The position numbers were made by a program, and so were the translations under genes. Shown here piece after piece: positions 55,138-64,000 of a stretch of DNA of 64,000 bases. The stretch lies in the NCBI GenBank assembly GCA_963743525.1, contig CAVUQH010000002.1, positions 32,001-96,000 of the forward strand. Reading direction: 5' to 3'. Under the pieces are notes generated by a model, which was not told the DNA's origin, ran no database searches, and worked only from the letters and a program-made list of their open reading frames with translations. Within the stretch, counting starts at the first letter, position 1; each line of letters begins with the position of its first letter. Source of the stretch: an uncultured delta proteobacterium (GTDB lineage Bacteria; Myxococcota_A; Polyangia; Haliangiales; Haliangiaceae).

Positions 55138-57141
55138 TTAGCGCAGCACCCGACCCATGGTCCGGTACTCGCCACGAGCGGCTCGAACCAGGTGATCCTG
55201 GGCGATCGCCGTCTCCTCGGCCGCAGCCAGGAACGCGGCCGAAAGGACCGCATTGCGAATGTTTGCGCCGGTCATGTCCGGGTAGGCGTGAGCCAGGTGC
55301 TCGAGGTCGAGATCGTCACCCAGCGGCGCCGCCCGGGTGGTCAGCAGGCGCCGCCACAGCTCCAGGCGCTCGTCGGCGTCTGGTGGCCAGAACGACACGT
55401 GGGCAGCCAGCCGCCGCTTGAGCGCCTTGTCGATGCTGGCGTCGAGGTTGGTGGTCAGGATGGTGATGCCGCCGAAGCTCTCGACCCGCTGCAAGAGGTA
55501 GTTCACTTCGAGGTTGGCATAGCGATCGGTCGCGCCTTTGACCTCGGTGCGCTTGGCGAACAGCGCGTCGGCCTCGTCGAACAGCAGCAAGGCGTGACCG
55601 GCCTCGGCGGCGTCGAACAGCCTGGACAGCTGCTTCTCGGTCTCGCCGATCCATTTGGACACGACCTGCGACAGGTCAACCTGGAGCAGCTCGAGATCCA
55701 GCTCGCGAGCGATGATGCCGGCGACCATGGTCTTGCCGGTGCCGGGCGGGCCGGAGAACAGCGCTGGAACACCGATGCCGCGCGCGGCCTTGGAGTCGAA
55801 GCCCCACTGCTCGTAGACGGTGTGGGCGTGGCGAACGCGGGCGATGAGCGCGTTGATCTGGTCGAGGATGTCGGGCGAGACCACCAGGTCGTCCCAGCTC
55901 TGGTCAACCTCGACCCGCCGGGCCAGGCTGCCCAGACGCTCGGCGATGTTGTTGCGCACGCCGGCGACGATGTGGGCGGCCTTCAGGCGGTCGCCGTCGG
56001 GGCGGGCGATGATGCGCGCCGCCGCGGTGGCGCGGGCGATGCCGCCGGGCCCGAGACGATAGCGCAGCGACAGCCCATCCAGCGCGTCGCCGACGCCGGC
56101 GGCGTCCGCGCCCAGCGCCCGCTCCCACAGCGCCCGGCGCGTGGTGGTGTCGGCGACCGGCCAGTCGACGCGAAGGACGTTGCGCTCGAGGCCCAGATCC
56201 AGGCCCGGACGCGCGCTGGTCAAGACGACGGCCCCCTCCATGCTGTCGATCGTCCGCGCCAGCGTGCGCAGCGCCGGGTTGCGCGCGGACTCGCTGCCGG
56301 TGAGATCGTCGATGTTGGCGACCAGGGCGACGGCGCCGCGCAGCAAACACTCGCGGCGCAGCGCGGCCAACGCGTCGTCCAGCGCGCGGGCTTCGCCGGA
56401 CAGACGGCGAACGTCGATCGACAACACTTCGCGGCCGAGCCCGGCGGCGGCGGCGGCGGCGGCGCTGCGGCGGCCGCTGCCCTCGGGCCCCTCGATGAGG
56501 ATGACCAGCGGCGCCGGCTGCTCGAGGCTGTCGACCAGCTTGCCCAGCGCGCGCTGCTGCCGCGGATCATAGGCCGGGTCGTCGGGCAGCGGCAGGCGCC
56601 CGCCGACGGCGTCGAGCGCGTCGTCGATGTCGTCTTCACCGGCCAGATAGGCGACCAGCCGGGCCGACGGACGCAGCGGTGACGCCGACACCGACGCCCC
56701 GGCTTCGGTCAGCTCGATCAGCTGATAGCGGAGCAGCGGGTGCGACGGCCGCATCGCCAGCGCCAGCGCGCGGCCGCGGCTGCCGTCGGCGCCGACCAGG
56801 ATCGTGTACAGGCTGAGCGGCAGCCCGCGGCGCGCCGCCGAGCCGATCAGCGCGTGACCGTGGTTGACGATCCGCGGGTCGGCGACCATCGCCACCGCCA
56901 TCCACACCAGCTCCTGCTCCAGCTCGCCCAGTCCCAGGCGCCGCGCCAGCCGGCGCATCGGCAAGTCGGCGTCGGCGTCGGCGCCGACCCGCTCGAGCTG
57001 CTCGTCCAGGCGCGCCAGCTCGCGGTCGAGCTGTTCGAGCGCCGCGCCGTCGTCCAGCGCCCCGCTCAGCGCCACCGCGCGCAGCGCCAGCGCGTGGGCG
57101 CGATCGAGCTGCAGCTCGAACACCTGGCGCGCAGTCGACAT
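55138..57141 (-). CDS. AAA+ ATPase, Afp15/Pvc15-like architecture
   Basis: Degenerate first AAA (GPEGSGRR); [48 protein letters not shown]. Confidence 0.85.
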   Translation of the reverse strand: MSTARQVFELQLDRAHALALRAVALSGALDDGAALEQLDRELARLDEQLERVGADADADLPMRRLARRLGLGELEQELVWMAVAMVADPRIVNHGHALIGSAARRGLPLSLYTILVGADGSRGRALALAMRPSHPLLRYQLIELTEAGASVSASPLRPSARLVAYLAGEDDIDDALDAVGGRLPLPDDPAYDPRQQRALGKLVDSLEQPAPLVILIEGPEGSGRRSAAAAAAAGLGREVLSIDVRRLSGEARALDDALAALRRECLLRGAVALVANIDDLTGSESARNPALRTLARTIDSMEGAVVLTSARPGLDLGLERNVLRVDWPVADTTTRRALWERALGADAAGVGDALDGLSLRYRLGPGGIARATAAARIIARPDGDRLKAAHIVAGVRNNIAERLGSLARRVEVDQSWDDLVVSPDILDQINALIARVRHAHTVYEQWGFDSKAARGIGVPALFSGPPGTGKTMVAGIIARELDLELLQVDLSQVVSKWIGETEKQLSRLFDAAEAGHALLLFDEADALFAKRTEVKGATDRYANLEVNYLLQRVESFGGITILTTNLDASIDKALKRRLAAHVSFWPPDADERLELWRRLLTTRAAPLGDDLDLEHLAHAYPDMTGANIRNAVLSAAFLAAAEETAIAQDHLVRAARGEYRTMGRVLR

Positions 57142-57196
57142 GGAGACATGGTAGCCGGTTCGGCGCCAGCGTGCCCCGCGGGTGGCCGGTTTCGGC

Positions 57197-58000
57197 TCAG
57201 TCAGCGTGCAGTCGCTCGTCGAGGAACGACATCACGCGGTCGAGCGCCGCGCGGGTGGGATGACCGTCGCGGTCAACCAGGTCGTTGGTCAGCACGCTGT
57301 GGGCGACTCGCGGAATCCCGTGGGCATTGCCCGGATGGGAGTCGATCTCGATGGTCTCGACCCCGGGTCCCAGCTCGCGACGCAGCGATTCGAAGCGGGC
57401 CCGCGGACACATGACGTCGGCGGTGAAGCGCAGCGCCAGCACGCCCACGCCTTCGTCGCGCGCGCGGCGGCGGACCACTCCGAGCTCGTCCGCGGACAGG
57501 TGCAGCGCGCGGCGGCGGGCCGGCGTCAGTCCGAACGGCAGCGACGGCTGCGACAGAACCGGCGCCAGCAGGCACGGCTCGAGCATCAGCGCCAGGGCGA
57601 AGTTGCCGGTCAGGCACATGCCGACCGCGCCCACGCCCGGCCCGCCCGCGCGCCGGTGCAGGTCGCGCGCCAGCGCCCGCAACCAGTCGGTGATCGCCGA
57701 CGACCGGTGCGTCAACAGCAGCTCGAACTCGGCCGAGATGCAGGCGCGAGCGATACTCTGCAGCGCATAGCCTGGCGACAGCGGCTTGCCCGGCGTGCCG
57801 ATGAGATCCGGCATGGCCACGGTGTAGCCCGCGTCGGCCACGCGGGTCGAGAACGCCGCCACCTGCGGCGTGATGCCCGGCACCTCGGTCATGACCACCA
57901 CGCCGGGTCCGTCGCCGCGGTAGAAGACGTCGCGCGTGCGCCCGTCGTGGGAGAACGATTCGCGGGTGAAGCCGTCGAGCGAGCGGTTACCAGAGGGCAT
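57197..58000 (-). CDS. Dienelactone hydrolase family protein
   Basis: EVPG, GAVGMCLTG nucleophile elbow, AHSVLT. Confidence 0.88.
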   Translation of the reverse strand: MPSGNRSLDGFTRESFSHDGRTRDVFYRGDGPGVVVMTEVPGITPQVAAFSTRVADAGYTVAMPDLIGTPGKPLSPGYALQSIARACISAEFELLLTHRSSAITDWLRALARDLHRRAGGPGVGAVGMCLTGNFALALMLEPCLLAPVLSQPSLPFGLTPARRRALHLSADELGVVRRRARDEGVGVLALRFTADVMCPRARFESLRRELGPGVETIEIDSHPGNAHGIPRVAHSVLTNDLVDRDGHPTRAALDRVMSFLDERLHAD

Positions 58001-59204
58001 AGGTAATGACGTAATGCTTGATGCCGGAGACCGACTCGAGCGTCAGGACACCGGCATCGGACAGGGAAGTCTTCATTCGGTAGCTCCACGTGACCGGCGG
58101 AGCGCGGCCAAAATCCTTGCGGAACCAGGATAGCTCCTCGGGGTCGCCGGCGGTGTCCGCACCCAGCGTCATCGTCCAGGTCGCGTCGACGGCGATCGGC
58201 TTGGTGCAGGCCAGCGAGCTGCCCTGCTGGGTGCAGAAGATCTGCGCCCGCGTCACATTCTTGCCCACGCGCGGCATGAATTCCTCGTCACCCGAGTCGT
58301 GGGTGACCGAGACCTCCCAGACGGTGCGTCCGCTGACCTTGCGCTGGTGAGCGCTGTCCAGCGCCAGGGTGTCGTACGACTTGGGGCCGCGAAACGCGCC
58401 GGCGTTGACGGTGGCGAGGATCTGCAGCTGGTCGTCGTCGCGCTTGGCCAGGTAGGTGTCGACGAATCCGCGCCCGCGGTCGGTGTCGATGTCGCCGATC
58501 GACACCAGCTGGAAGCCGTCGACCGGGTCGGCCAGGTCGCACGTGGTCGCGGTGTTCGACTCGTCGGGGTCGCCCGACCGCTCCATCTTGCCCTGCTGGC
58601 GGAAACAGTCGCACAGCGCCTGCTGCGTCGTCGGCGCGGCGCCGCAACCGGGCGCTCGGGCCCAGATCATCAGCTTGCCGCCCAGGGTGTGGAAACGGTC
58701 GAGCACGGTCTGGTTGGGGCGGCGCCCCAGGGACTCCTCGTACGCAGCCAGCGCGCCGGCTCGGTCGCCCTTGGACTCCAGGGCGCGGCCCAGGTTGTAC
58801 AGACTGGCGGCGGCGACCCGCGGATCGCTCTCGCCGTTGACCGCCTTGCGGCTGGCCTCGATCGATCGGCTCAGGTGATTGGCCTTGAACGCCGCCCATC
58901 CCAGCTCGCTCAGCGCGCGCGAGTTGTCGGGCACCAGCTTCAGCGCCTCCTCGAACTCGGCCATGCCGTCGGCGAAGTTGCCCTGCTTCACCAGCTCGCG
59001 ACCGTGCTTCATGCGGCCGCGGAAATCGCGGCGCGCGGCCCTGGTCGGCGGTGCAGACGTGGGCGCGGGCTTCGCCGCCGGTGCGGCGTCGTCGGGAGCG
59101 GCGGCGGCAGGCGCCTTGGACGGCTGCTTCTTCGCCGATCCCCCGTCCTTGCTGCAGCCGACCACGATCAGTGCTGCCAGTAGCGAGCCTCGCACGATTC
59201 GCAT
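57987..59204 (-). CDS. TPR-containing lipoprotein
   Basis: Lipobox VVGC; TPRs (ALSELGWAAF, SLYNLGRAL). Confidence 0.8.
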   Translation of the reverse strand: MRIVRGSLLAALIVVGCSKDGGSAKKQPSKAPAAAAPDDAAPAAKPAPTSAPPTRAARRDFRGRMKHGRELVKQGNFADGMAEFEEALKLVPDNSRALSELGWAAFKANHLSRSIEASRKAVNGESDPRVAAASLYNLGRALESKGDRAGALAAYEESLGRRPNQTVLDRFHTLGGKLMIWARAPGCGAAPTTQQALCDCFRQQGKMERSGDPDESNTATTCDLADPVDGFQLVSIGDIDTDRGRGFVDTYLAKRDDDQLQILATVNAGAFRGPKSYDTLALDSAHQRKVSGRTVWEVSVTHDSGDEEFMPRVGKNVTRAQIFCTQQGSSLACTKPIAVDATWTMTLGADTAGDPEELSWFRKDFGRAPPVTWSYRMKTSLSDAGVLTLESVSGIKHYVITYALW

Positions 59205-59282
59205 TCGCCGATGGTCGCACAGCGACGCGGTGCCGTCATCCGGCCCTTGTCATCCGGCTCATGGCCGGGAAGACTGGACGCG

Positions 59283-59840
59283 GTGTCCAAGAAGCGCGAC
59301 GAAACGGTCGAGTTCGACCCCAGCGCTGTGCTCGCGCGGCTGTCGCGCGAGCGCGCGACCACGGTGCCGATCGACGCCGACGAGGTCAAGAAGGCAGCGG
59401 CCGAGTCGATCGAGGCGCCGGATCCGTACCCGCGCCGCGCGCGACCGCGCGAGACACCGGCGGTGATTCGCCGCGAGCAGCCGACCCGCGCCTTCCAGAC
59501 CGTGCTCAAGCCGAACGAGCCGTTCGTCGAGATCGCGGTGGTCGGCGGTGGTGACATCTACGCGCTGCCGCTGCGCAGCATGTCGGCCAGTGGGCTGGCG
59601 GTGGCCGCGGCCCGCGAGCAGGCACCGCTGCTCCAGCCCGGAGTCACCGCGGTCGTCAACGTCGCGGTCGCCGGCGACGACGGGCGGGTCGAGCTGCGCC
59701 TGCACGCGAGGGTCGAGCACCGGCGCGAGGCCAGCAAGACGGTCGAAGGCGGCATCCGCCTGCAGTGGATCGCCGACGACGCTCGCGTGGCCGCCAGCAT
59801 CCGCCGGCTGGTCGCCGCCTGGCTGACCCGCGCCACGTAG
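59283..59840 (+). CDS. Hypothetical protein, C-terminal PilZ-like fold possible
   Basis: RREQPTR...SMSASG...GIRLQW resembles degenerate PilZ motifs. Confidence 0.5.
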   Translation: MSKKRDETVEFDPSAVLARLSRERATTVPIDADEVKKAAAESIEAPDPYPRRARPRETPAVIRREQPTRAFQTVLKPNEPFVEIAVVGGGDIYALPLRSMSASGLAVAAAREQAPLLQPGVTAVVNVAVAGDDGRVELRLHARVEHRREASKTVEGGIRLQWIADDARVAASIRRLVAAWLTRAT

Positions 59841-59923
59841 CCGCGGTGCGACAGTGCGACAGCGCCGCGACGGCCGCGAGCGGCGTCAACGGCGCCCATT
59901 CGCGGCCCGTGCCGGGCACAGCT

Positions 59924-59939
59924 GGGCACGCCCCCTGCA
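59924..59939 (+). promoter_or_regulatory. Sigma54 promoter candidate
   Basis: GGGCACG-CCCC-CTGCA, GG-N10-GC. Confidence 0.4.
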
Positions 59940-59951
59940 TCAGCGGCGGTC

Positions 59952-61448
59952 ATGCCCAACGCGACCGACGCGCTCGCCGCACTGGCCCTGCTGGCCGCCC
60001 TGAGTCCCGGCTGCGCCGGATCACCCGCGCCCGCCCCGGCCCGCGCCCCCGCGACGCCGCCAGCGGTCCACCTCCGCTTCATGGAACCGGCCGGCGACGC
60101 CCGCGCTCGCCAGCGCGCGTGGACCGAGATCAGCGACACCGATCGGATCGCCCGACTCACCGCGCTGGCCGACAACGAGGCGGCGCGATTTGCCCTGGCG
60201 GTCTATGCCATCGCCTGGGATCTGGCGCCGCCGGAGTGGCCGGCTCGGCCGACCCTGTTCATCGCGTTGGAGCCCGGCGGCAACTACGGACGCGTCGGCT
60301 TCACCTTGACCGACCGCGACGGCCGCCGCCGCGAGCTGCCCGCGCTGCCGTATCTGATCTTGTCCGACGACGCCGAGAGCTTCCGCGGCACCCTGCTGCA
60401 CGAATCGGCGCACGTGATGCACGGGCTCCTCACCGGCGGCAGAAACAGCGGCGACGACCAGCAGGCGTTCGCCCCCATCCCCCACTCGACCGCCGCCGTC
60501 ACCGACCGACGCACGGCGTTCAACGAAGGGTTCGCCATTCACTTCGAAGCGGTCTGGGCGCATTGTGGCCACGACCCCGACGCGCGCGCCTTCTACGACC
60601 ACGCGGCGCCGCGCTACGGCCAGCAGCGCAAGCTCGCGGCCGAGTACTACTTCCCGCTCCGCGACCTGCGCAGCTACGCGCAGACCTTCGCCCGCTACCA
60701 GCGGGTGCGCGACGACGACTACGCCTTCGAGCCGGCCACCGGCGTGCGCGACTACCTGCGGGTCCAGCTCGATCCCGCACGCGACCGCCGCAGCCTGCGC
60801 AGCGGCGGCGCGATGGTCGCCTCCGAAGGGTTCGTCGCCAGCGTGCTGTTCCACGTCGCCGCCGGCGACGGATGCCGGTCGATGGACGAGCTGGTTCCTC
60901 GCTACCGGCCGATCCTGGCCGCGCTGAAGCGCGCCGAAACCACCACCGGTCCGCTCGACCGCGTGCCGCTGGTCGATCTGGTCGCCACCCTGGGCCCGCG
61001 CGCGATCGACATCTTCCTCGACCTGTCCCGCGGCGCCACCATCGATCCCGAGGCACAGGCGGTGTGGGCGCGGCTGTACGACGCCGCCCTCGCCCTCGAG
61101 CTGCCGTCGTTCCAGGAGCTGCGCGCCGACGCCGACGCCCGCCGCGGCCGCTGGCGCGCCGAGGCGACCCGCGACCCGACTGCCCTGGCCCGCACCGTCG
61201 GACCGGTCGCCGTGGTCACCGTGCCGGCCGTGCGCACCGGCCTGGCGCTGTTCGGCGAACCGCAGCCGCTGGCCTTCGACGCCAACGCCGCCGGTCCACC
61301 GATGCTGCGGCTGATCCCGGGCATCAGCGAGGCGCAGATCGCCGCGCTCGTCGCCGACCGCGCCCGCGCTCCGTTCGCCGACAGCGCCGATGCCATCGCC
61401 CGCGCCCGGGCCGTCGGCGTCGCGCCGGGCTCGCTGGCGGCGCCGTAG
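59952..61448 (+). CDS. Lipoprotein zinc metallopeptidase (gluzincin-like) with C-terminal helix-hairpin-helix
   Basis: SPGC lipobox-like; LLHESAH and FNEGFA; DANAA...LRLIPGISEAQIAALV. Confidence 0.7.
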   Translation: MPNATDALAALALLAALSPGCAGSPAPAPARAPATPPAVHLRFMEPAGDARARQRAWTEISDTDRIARLTALADNEAARFALAVYAIAWDLAPPEWPARPTLFIALEPGGNYGRVGFTLTDRDGRRRELPALPYLILSDDAESFRGTLLHESAHVMHGLLTGGRNSGDDQQAFAPIPHSTAAVTDRRTAFNEGFAIHFEAVWAHCGHDPDARAFYDHAAPRYGQQRKLAAEYYFPLRDLRSYAQTFARYQRVRDDDYAFEPATGVRDYLRVQLDPARDRRSLRSGGAMVASEGFVASVLFHVAAGDGCRSMDELVPRYRPILAALKRAETTTGPLDRVPLVDLVATLGPRAIDIFLDLSRGATIDPEAQAVWARLYDAALALELPSFQELRADADARRGRWRAEATRDPTALARTVGPVAVVTVPAVRTGLALFGEPQPLAFDANAAGPPMLRLIPGISEAQIAALVADRARAPFADSADAIARARAVGVAPGSLAAP

Positions 61449-61512
61449 CTTTGCCACCCGTTGCATGGCTTTGCACGCGCGCAGCCGTCGCCGGTCGCGC
61501 CACGATGAGCGC

Positions 61513-61866
61513 ATGCGTGCCCCGGCTCTACTCGTCGCCGTCGCGCTGTGCCTGCCCGGCGCGGCGTGCGTCAGTCGCACTCAGACCACCGTGCGCGAGG
61601 TCGCGGTGCCCGTGGACGTGGTCGTCGACGCCGGCGCCCGGCCCGAGCGACCGCCGCAGCGACGCGCCCGTCACGGCCGGGATCGCATCGTGCGCATGGT
61701 CGGCGGTGCCGCCGCCGGCGCGCTGATCGGCGGCTGGCTGGGCGCCGCCACCGAGGCGTCCCATCCGGATGCGACCGACGACTCGACGTCGGTCAAGACG
61801 GTCGAGGGCGCGCTGCTGGGCGCCGGCGTCGGCGTGGTCGCCGGCTGGCTGACCCGGGAGCGCTGA
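61513..61866 (+). CDS. Small glycine-zipper lipoprotein
   Basis: GAAC lipobox; GGAAAGALIGG and GALLGAGVG. Confidence 0.65.
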   Translation: MRAPALLVAVALCLPGAACVSRTQTTVREVAVPVDVVVDAGARPERPPQRRARHGRDRIVRMVGGAAAGALIGGWLGAATEASHPDATDDSTSVKTVEGALLGAGVGVVAGWLTRER

Positions 61867-61942
61867 TCGCCAGGCCCTCGCGATTCCGGGCCGTTGCAAT
61901 TTTCTTGCGACCAATGCACGTCCGCGCGCCACAGGACATTGG

Positions 61943-62938
61943 ATGCGGCGCGCTCCGACAGTGCGAGAACCTGCGACTGCCGCCCACAGCTGTGGGCCGG
62001 TGCGCGGGGTGCTGCGGACCGACGTCGGCGCCATTCGCGAGCGCAACGAGGACTCCGGCTTCGTCAACGGCCGCCAGCGCTTCTTCGTCGTCGCCGACGG
62101 CATGGGCGGCCACAGCGCCGGTGACATCGCCAGCGCGCTGGCGGTCGACACCGTGCGCGACATCCTCGACCACGCGTCGCCGCAGCTGGCGACCTACGTC
62201 GCCGCGCCGACGCCGGCCGGCCGCGACGGCATCCGCTCCGTGCTGGAGCGCGCCGTGCGCGAGGCCAACCACGCCGTGCTCACCCGCAGCCTGGAGGAGC
62301 CCGACAAGCACGGCATGGGCACGACCCTCGAGGTCGTCGTCGTGCTGGGCGACGAGGCGTTCATCGGTCACGTCGGCGACAGCCGCACCTATCTGGTTCG
62401 CGACGGCGCCGCGCTGCAGGCGACCGACGACCACACGGTGGCCCAGGCGATGCGCCGCGCGGGAACCCTGACCGATACCGAGGTTGACAGCTCGCCGATG
62501 CGCTCGGTGCTGTCCAATGCCATCGGCATCAGCGCCGACGTCACCGTCAACCAAGTCCACCTTCGCCTGCGCGCCGGCGATCGGCTGCTGATCTGCAGCG
62601 ACGGCATGTACGAATATTTCGCCGCCGAGGAGATGGCTCGCTGGGTGACCAGCCACGGTGCCGACGCAGCTCTCACCGGCCTCATCGACGAGGCGTGCAG
62701 CCGCGGCGGCGCCGACAACATCACCGGCATCATCGTCGAGGTCCCGCAGCCGTCCGATGCGCCCGCCGAGCTCGTCGACGACGAGCCGACCAGCCCGATC
62801 GCGCTGCCTCCGGACGACGCCACGCCCGCCAGCCCGCTGGCCAGTGTCAGCAGCGAAGCGCTGTCGGTGTTCGTCGAGCAAGGCCTGCTCGAGCCGGACG
62901 TCGAAGAGCCGGCGCCCCGGCGCGCTGCCAGAAACTGA
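61943..62938 (+). CDS. PP2C/PPM-family Ser/Thr phosphatase
   Basis: RERNED, VADGMGG, MGTT, HVGDSR, CSDG, GGADNIT; start uncertain. Confidence 0.92.
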   Translation: MRRAPTVREPATAAHSCGPVRGVLRTDVGAIRERNEDSGFVNGRQRFFVVADGMGGHSAGDIASALAVDTVRDILDHASPQLATYVAAPTPAGRDGIRSVLERAVREANHAVLTRSLEEPDKHGMGTTLEVVVVLGDEAFIGHVGDSRTYLVRDGAALQATDDHTVAQAMRRAGTLTDTEVDSSPMRSVLSNAIGISADVTVNQVHLRLRAGDRLLICSDGMYEYFAAEEMARWVTSHGADAALTGLIDEACSRGGADNITGIIVEVPQPSDAPAELVDDEPTSPIALPPDDATPASPLASVSSEALSVFVEQGLLEPDVEEPAPRRAARN

Positions 62939-62975
62939 AAGTCGCGCGGGCATAGGGCTTGCGTGAAGGGCCAGC

Positions 62976-64000
62976 ATGAGTGACCCCGAGCGCACGCATT
63001 CGCGCATACGGTGCGCGAGCAGCTCGATCGTCCTGGTCGCGGGCGCAGTCGTTGCGCTGGCCCTGGGGGCGTGCGCATCGCAGCCGTCCCTGGATCGCGA
63101 AGCGCTGCTCGACCCCGCGTCATGTGCGAGCTGTCACCCGGACCAGGTCCGCGAGTGGTCCGGCAGCATGCACGCCTACGCCAGCGACGACCCGATGTTC
63201 ATCGCGCTGAACGACCTCCTGCAGGAGCAGACCGGTGGTGCGGCGGCCGGCTTCTGCATCGGCTGTCACGCACCGATCGCCGTCGCCGAGGGCGCCACCG
63301 TCGACGGCACCGACATCGACTCGGTGCCGCGTTACCTGCGCGGGGTCACCTGCTACTTCTGCCACGCGGTCGACGCGGTCGAGGACGATCACAACGGCGC
63401 CCTGCACCTGGCGGACGATGGCGTGATCCGCGGGCCGATCGCCGACCCGCTCTACACCGAGGCGCACGACTCCGGCTACTCGACGCTGCACGACGGTCGG
63501 GCGCTGGAGTCGTCGCAGCTGTGCGGCGCCTGCCACGACGTGGTCACCCCCGGCGGGCTGCACCTGGAGCAGACCTTCGCCGAGTGGCGCGACAGCGTCT
63601 TTGCCAAGCCCGGTCCGGCGGCGCTGTCGTGCAACCGCTGCCACATGCCCGGCTCGGATCGACCGGCGGCGCTGGTCGCCGGCGCGCCCGAGCGACGCGT
63701 CCACGAGCACGCGGTGCCAGGCATCGACGTGGCGCTGCACGACTGGCCGGAGGCCGCCGCCCAGCGCGCGCTCATCAACCGCGACCTGCAGCCGTCGATC
63801 CTCGGCAAGCTGTGCGTGTCGCCGGCCGGCGGCGGCGTCGACGTCGAGGTCACGCTGGACAACCTGCTGTCGGGGCACTCGTTCCCCAGCGGCGTGACCC
63901 ACGCCCGCCGCACCTGGGTCGAGGTAACCGCGCGCGCCGCCGGCGACGTGGTCTATCAGAGCGGCGCGCTGCGCTCGGACGAGCCGGCCGCCGAGTCGAT
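62976..64000 (+). CDS. Multiheme cytochrome c lipoprotein (runs off window end)
   Basis: Manual translation: LGAC lipobox; CASCH, CIGCH, CYFCH, CGACH, CNRCH; absent from ORF track because there is no stop in the window. Confidence 0.88.
   Translation, partial: MSDPERTHSRIRCASSSIVLVAGAVVALALGACASQPSLDREALLDPASCASCHPDQVREWSGSMHAYASDDPMFIALNDLLQEQTGGAAAGFCIGCHAPIAVAEGATVDGTDIDSVPRYLRGVTCYFCHAVDAVEDDHNGALHLADDGVIRGPIADPLYTEAHDSGYSTLHDGRALESSQLCGACHDVVTPGGLHLEQTFAEWRDSVFAKPGPAALSCNRCHMPGSDRPAALVAGAPERRVHEHAVPGIDVALHDWPEAAAQRALINRDLQPSILGKLCVSPAGGGVDVEVTLDNLLSGHSFPSGVTHARRTWVEVTARAAGDVVYQSGALRSDEPAAES

Overview
GC-rich bacterial chromosome segment, most likely a myxobacterium (MYXO-CTERM protein, Cys-rich lipoproteins, several Hanks kinases, Che8-like chemosensory cluster). 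1-36 kb is largely core and mostly on the minus strand: rluB-scpB-scpA-site-2 protease, xerD, an MCP-less chemosensory cluster (cheY-cheA-cheW-cheW-atypical RR-HEAT-cheR-cheB-GAF-cheY), a long yceD-rpmF-plsX-fabHDG-acpP-fabF-rpiB-nrdR-ribD-ribE-ribBX-ribH-nusB string, mlaEFD, alr, crp and thiSGE. 36-64 kb is accessory: Ktr/Trk K+ uptake with an output-less sensor, an ECF sigma/ZAS-kinase pair, lipoproteins, a double-glycine peptide with a C39 peptidase, tRNA-Thr(CGT), kinases, an orphan Afp15-like AAA ATPase with a lipase, a HEXXH/HhH lipoprotein, PP2C and a multiheme cytochrome c. Other notable items are two GGGGAC...GTCCCC long palindromic elements, a Lon-like lipoprotein lacking both catalytic residues, and five +1 frameshifts that all fall at GA dinucleotides (probably sequencing artefacts). 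All calls come from motif recognition by eye; no database search was run.
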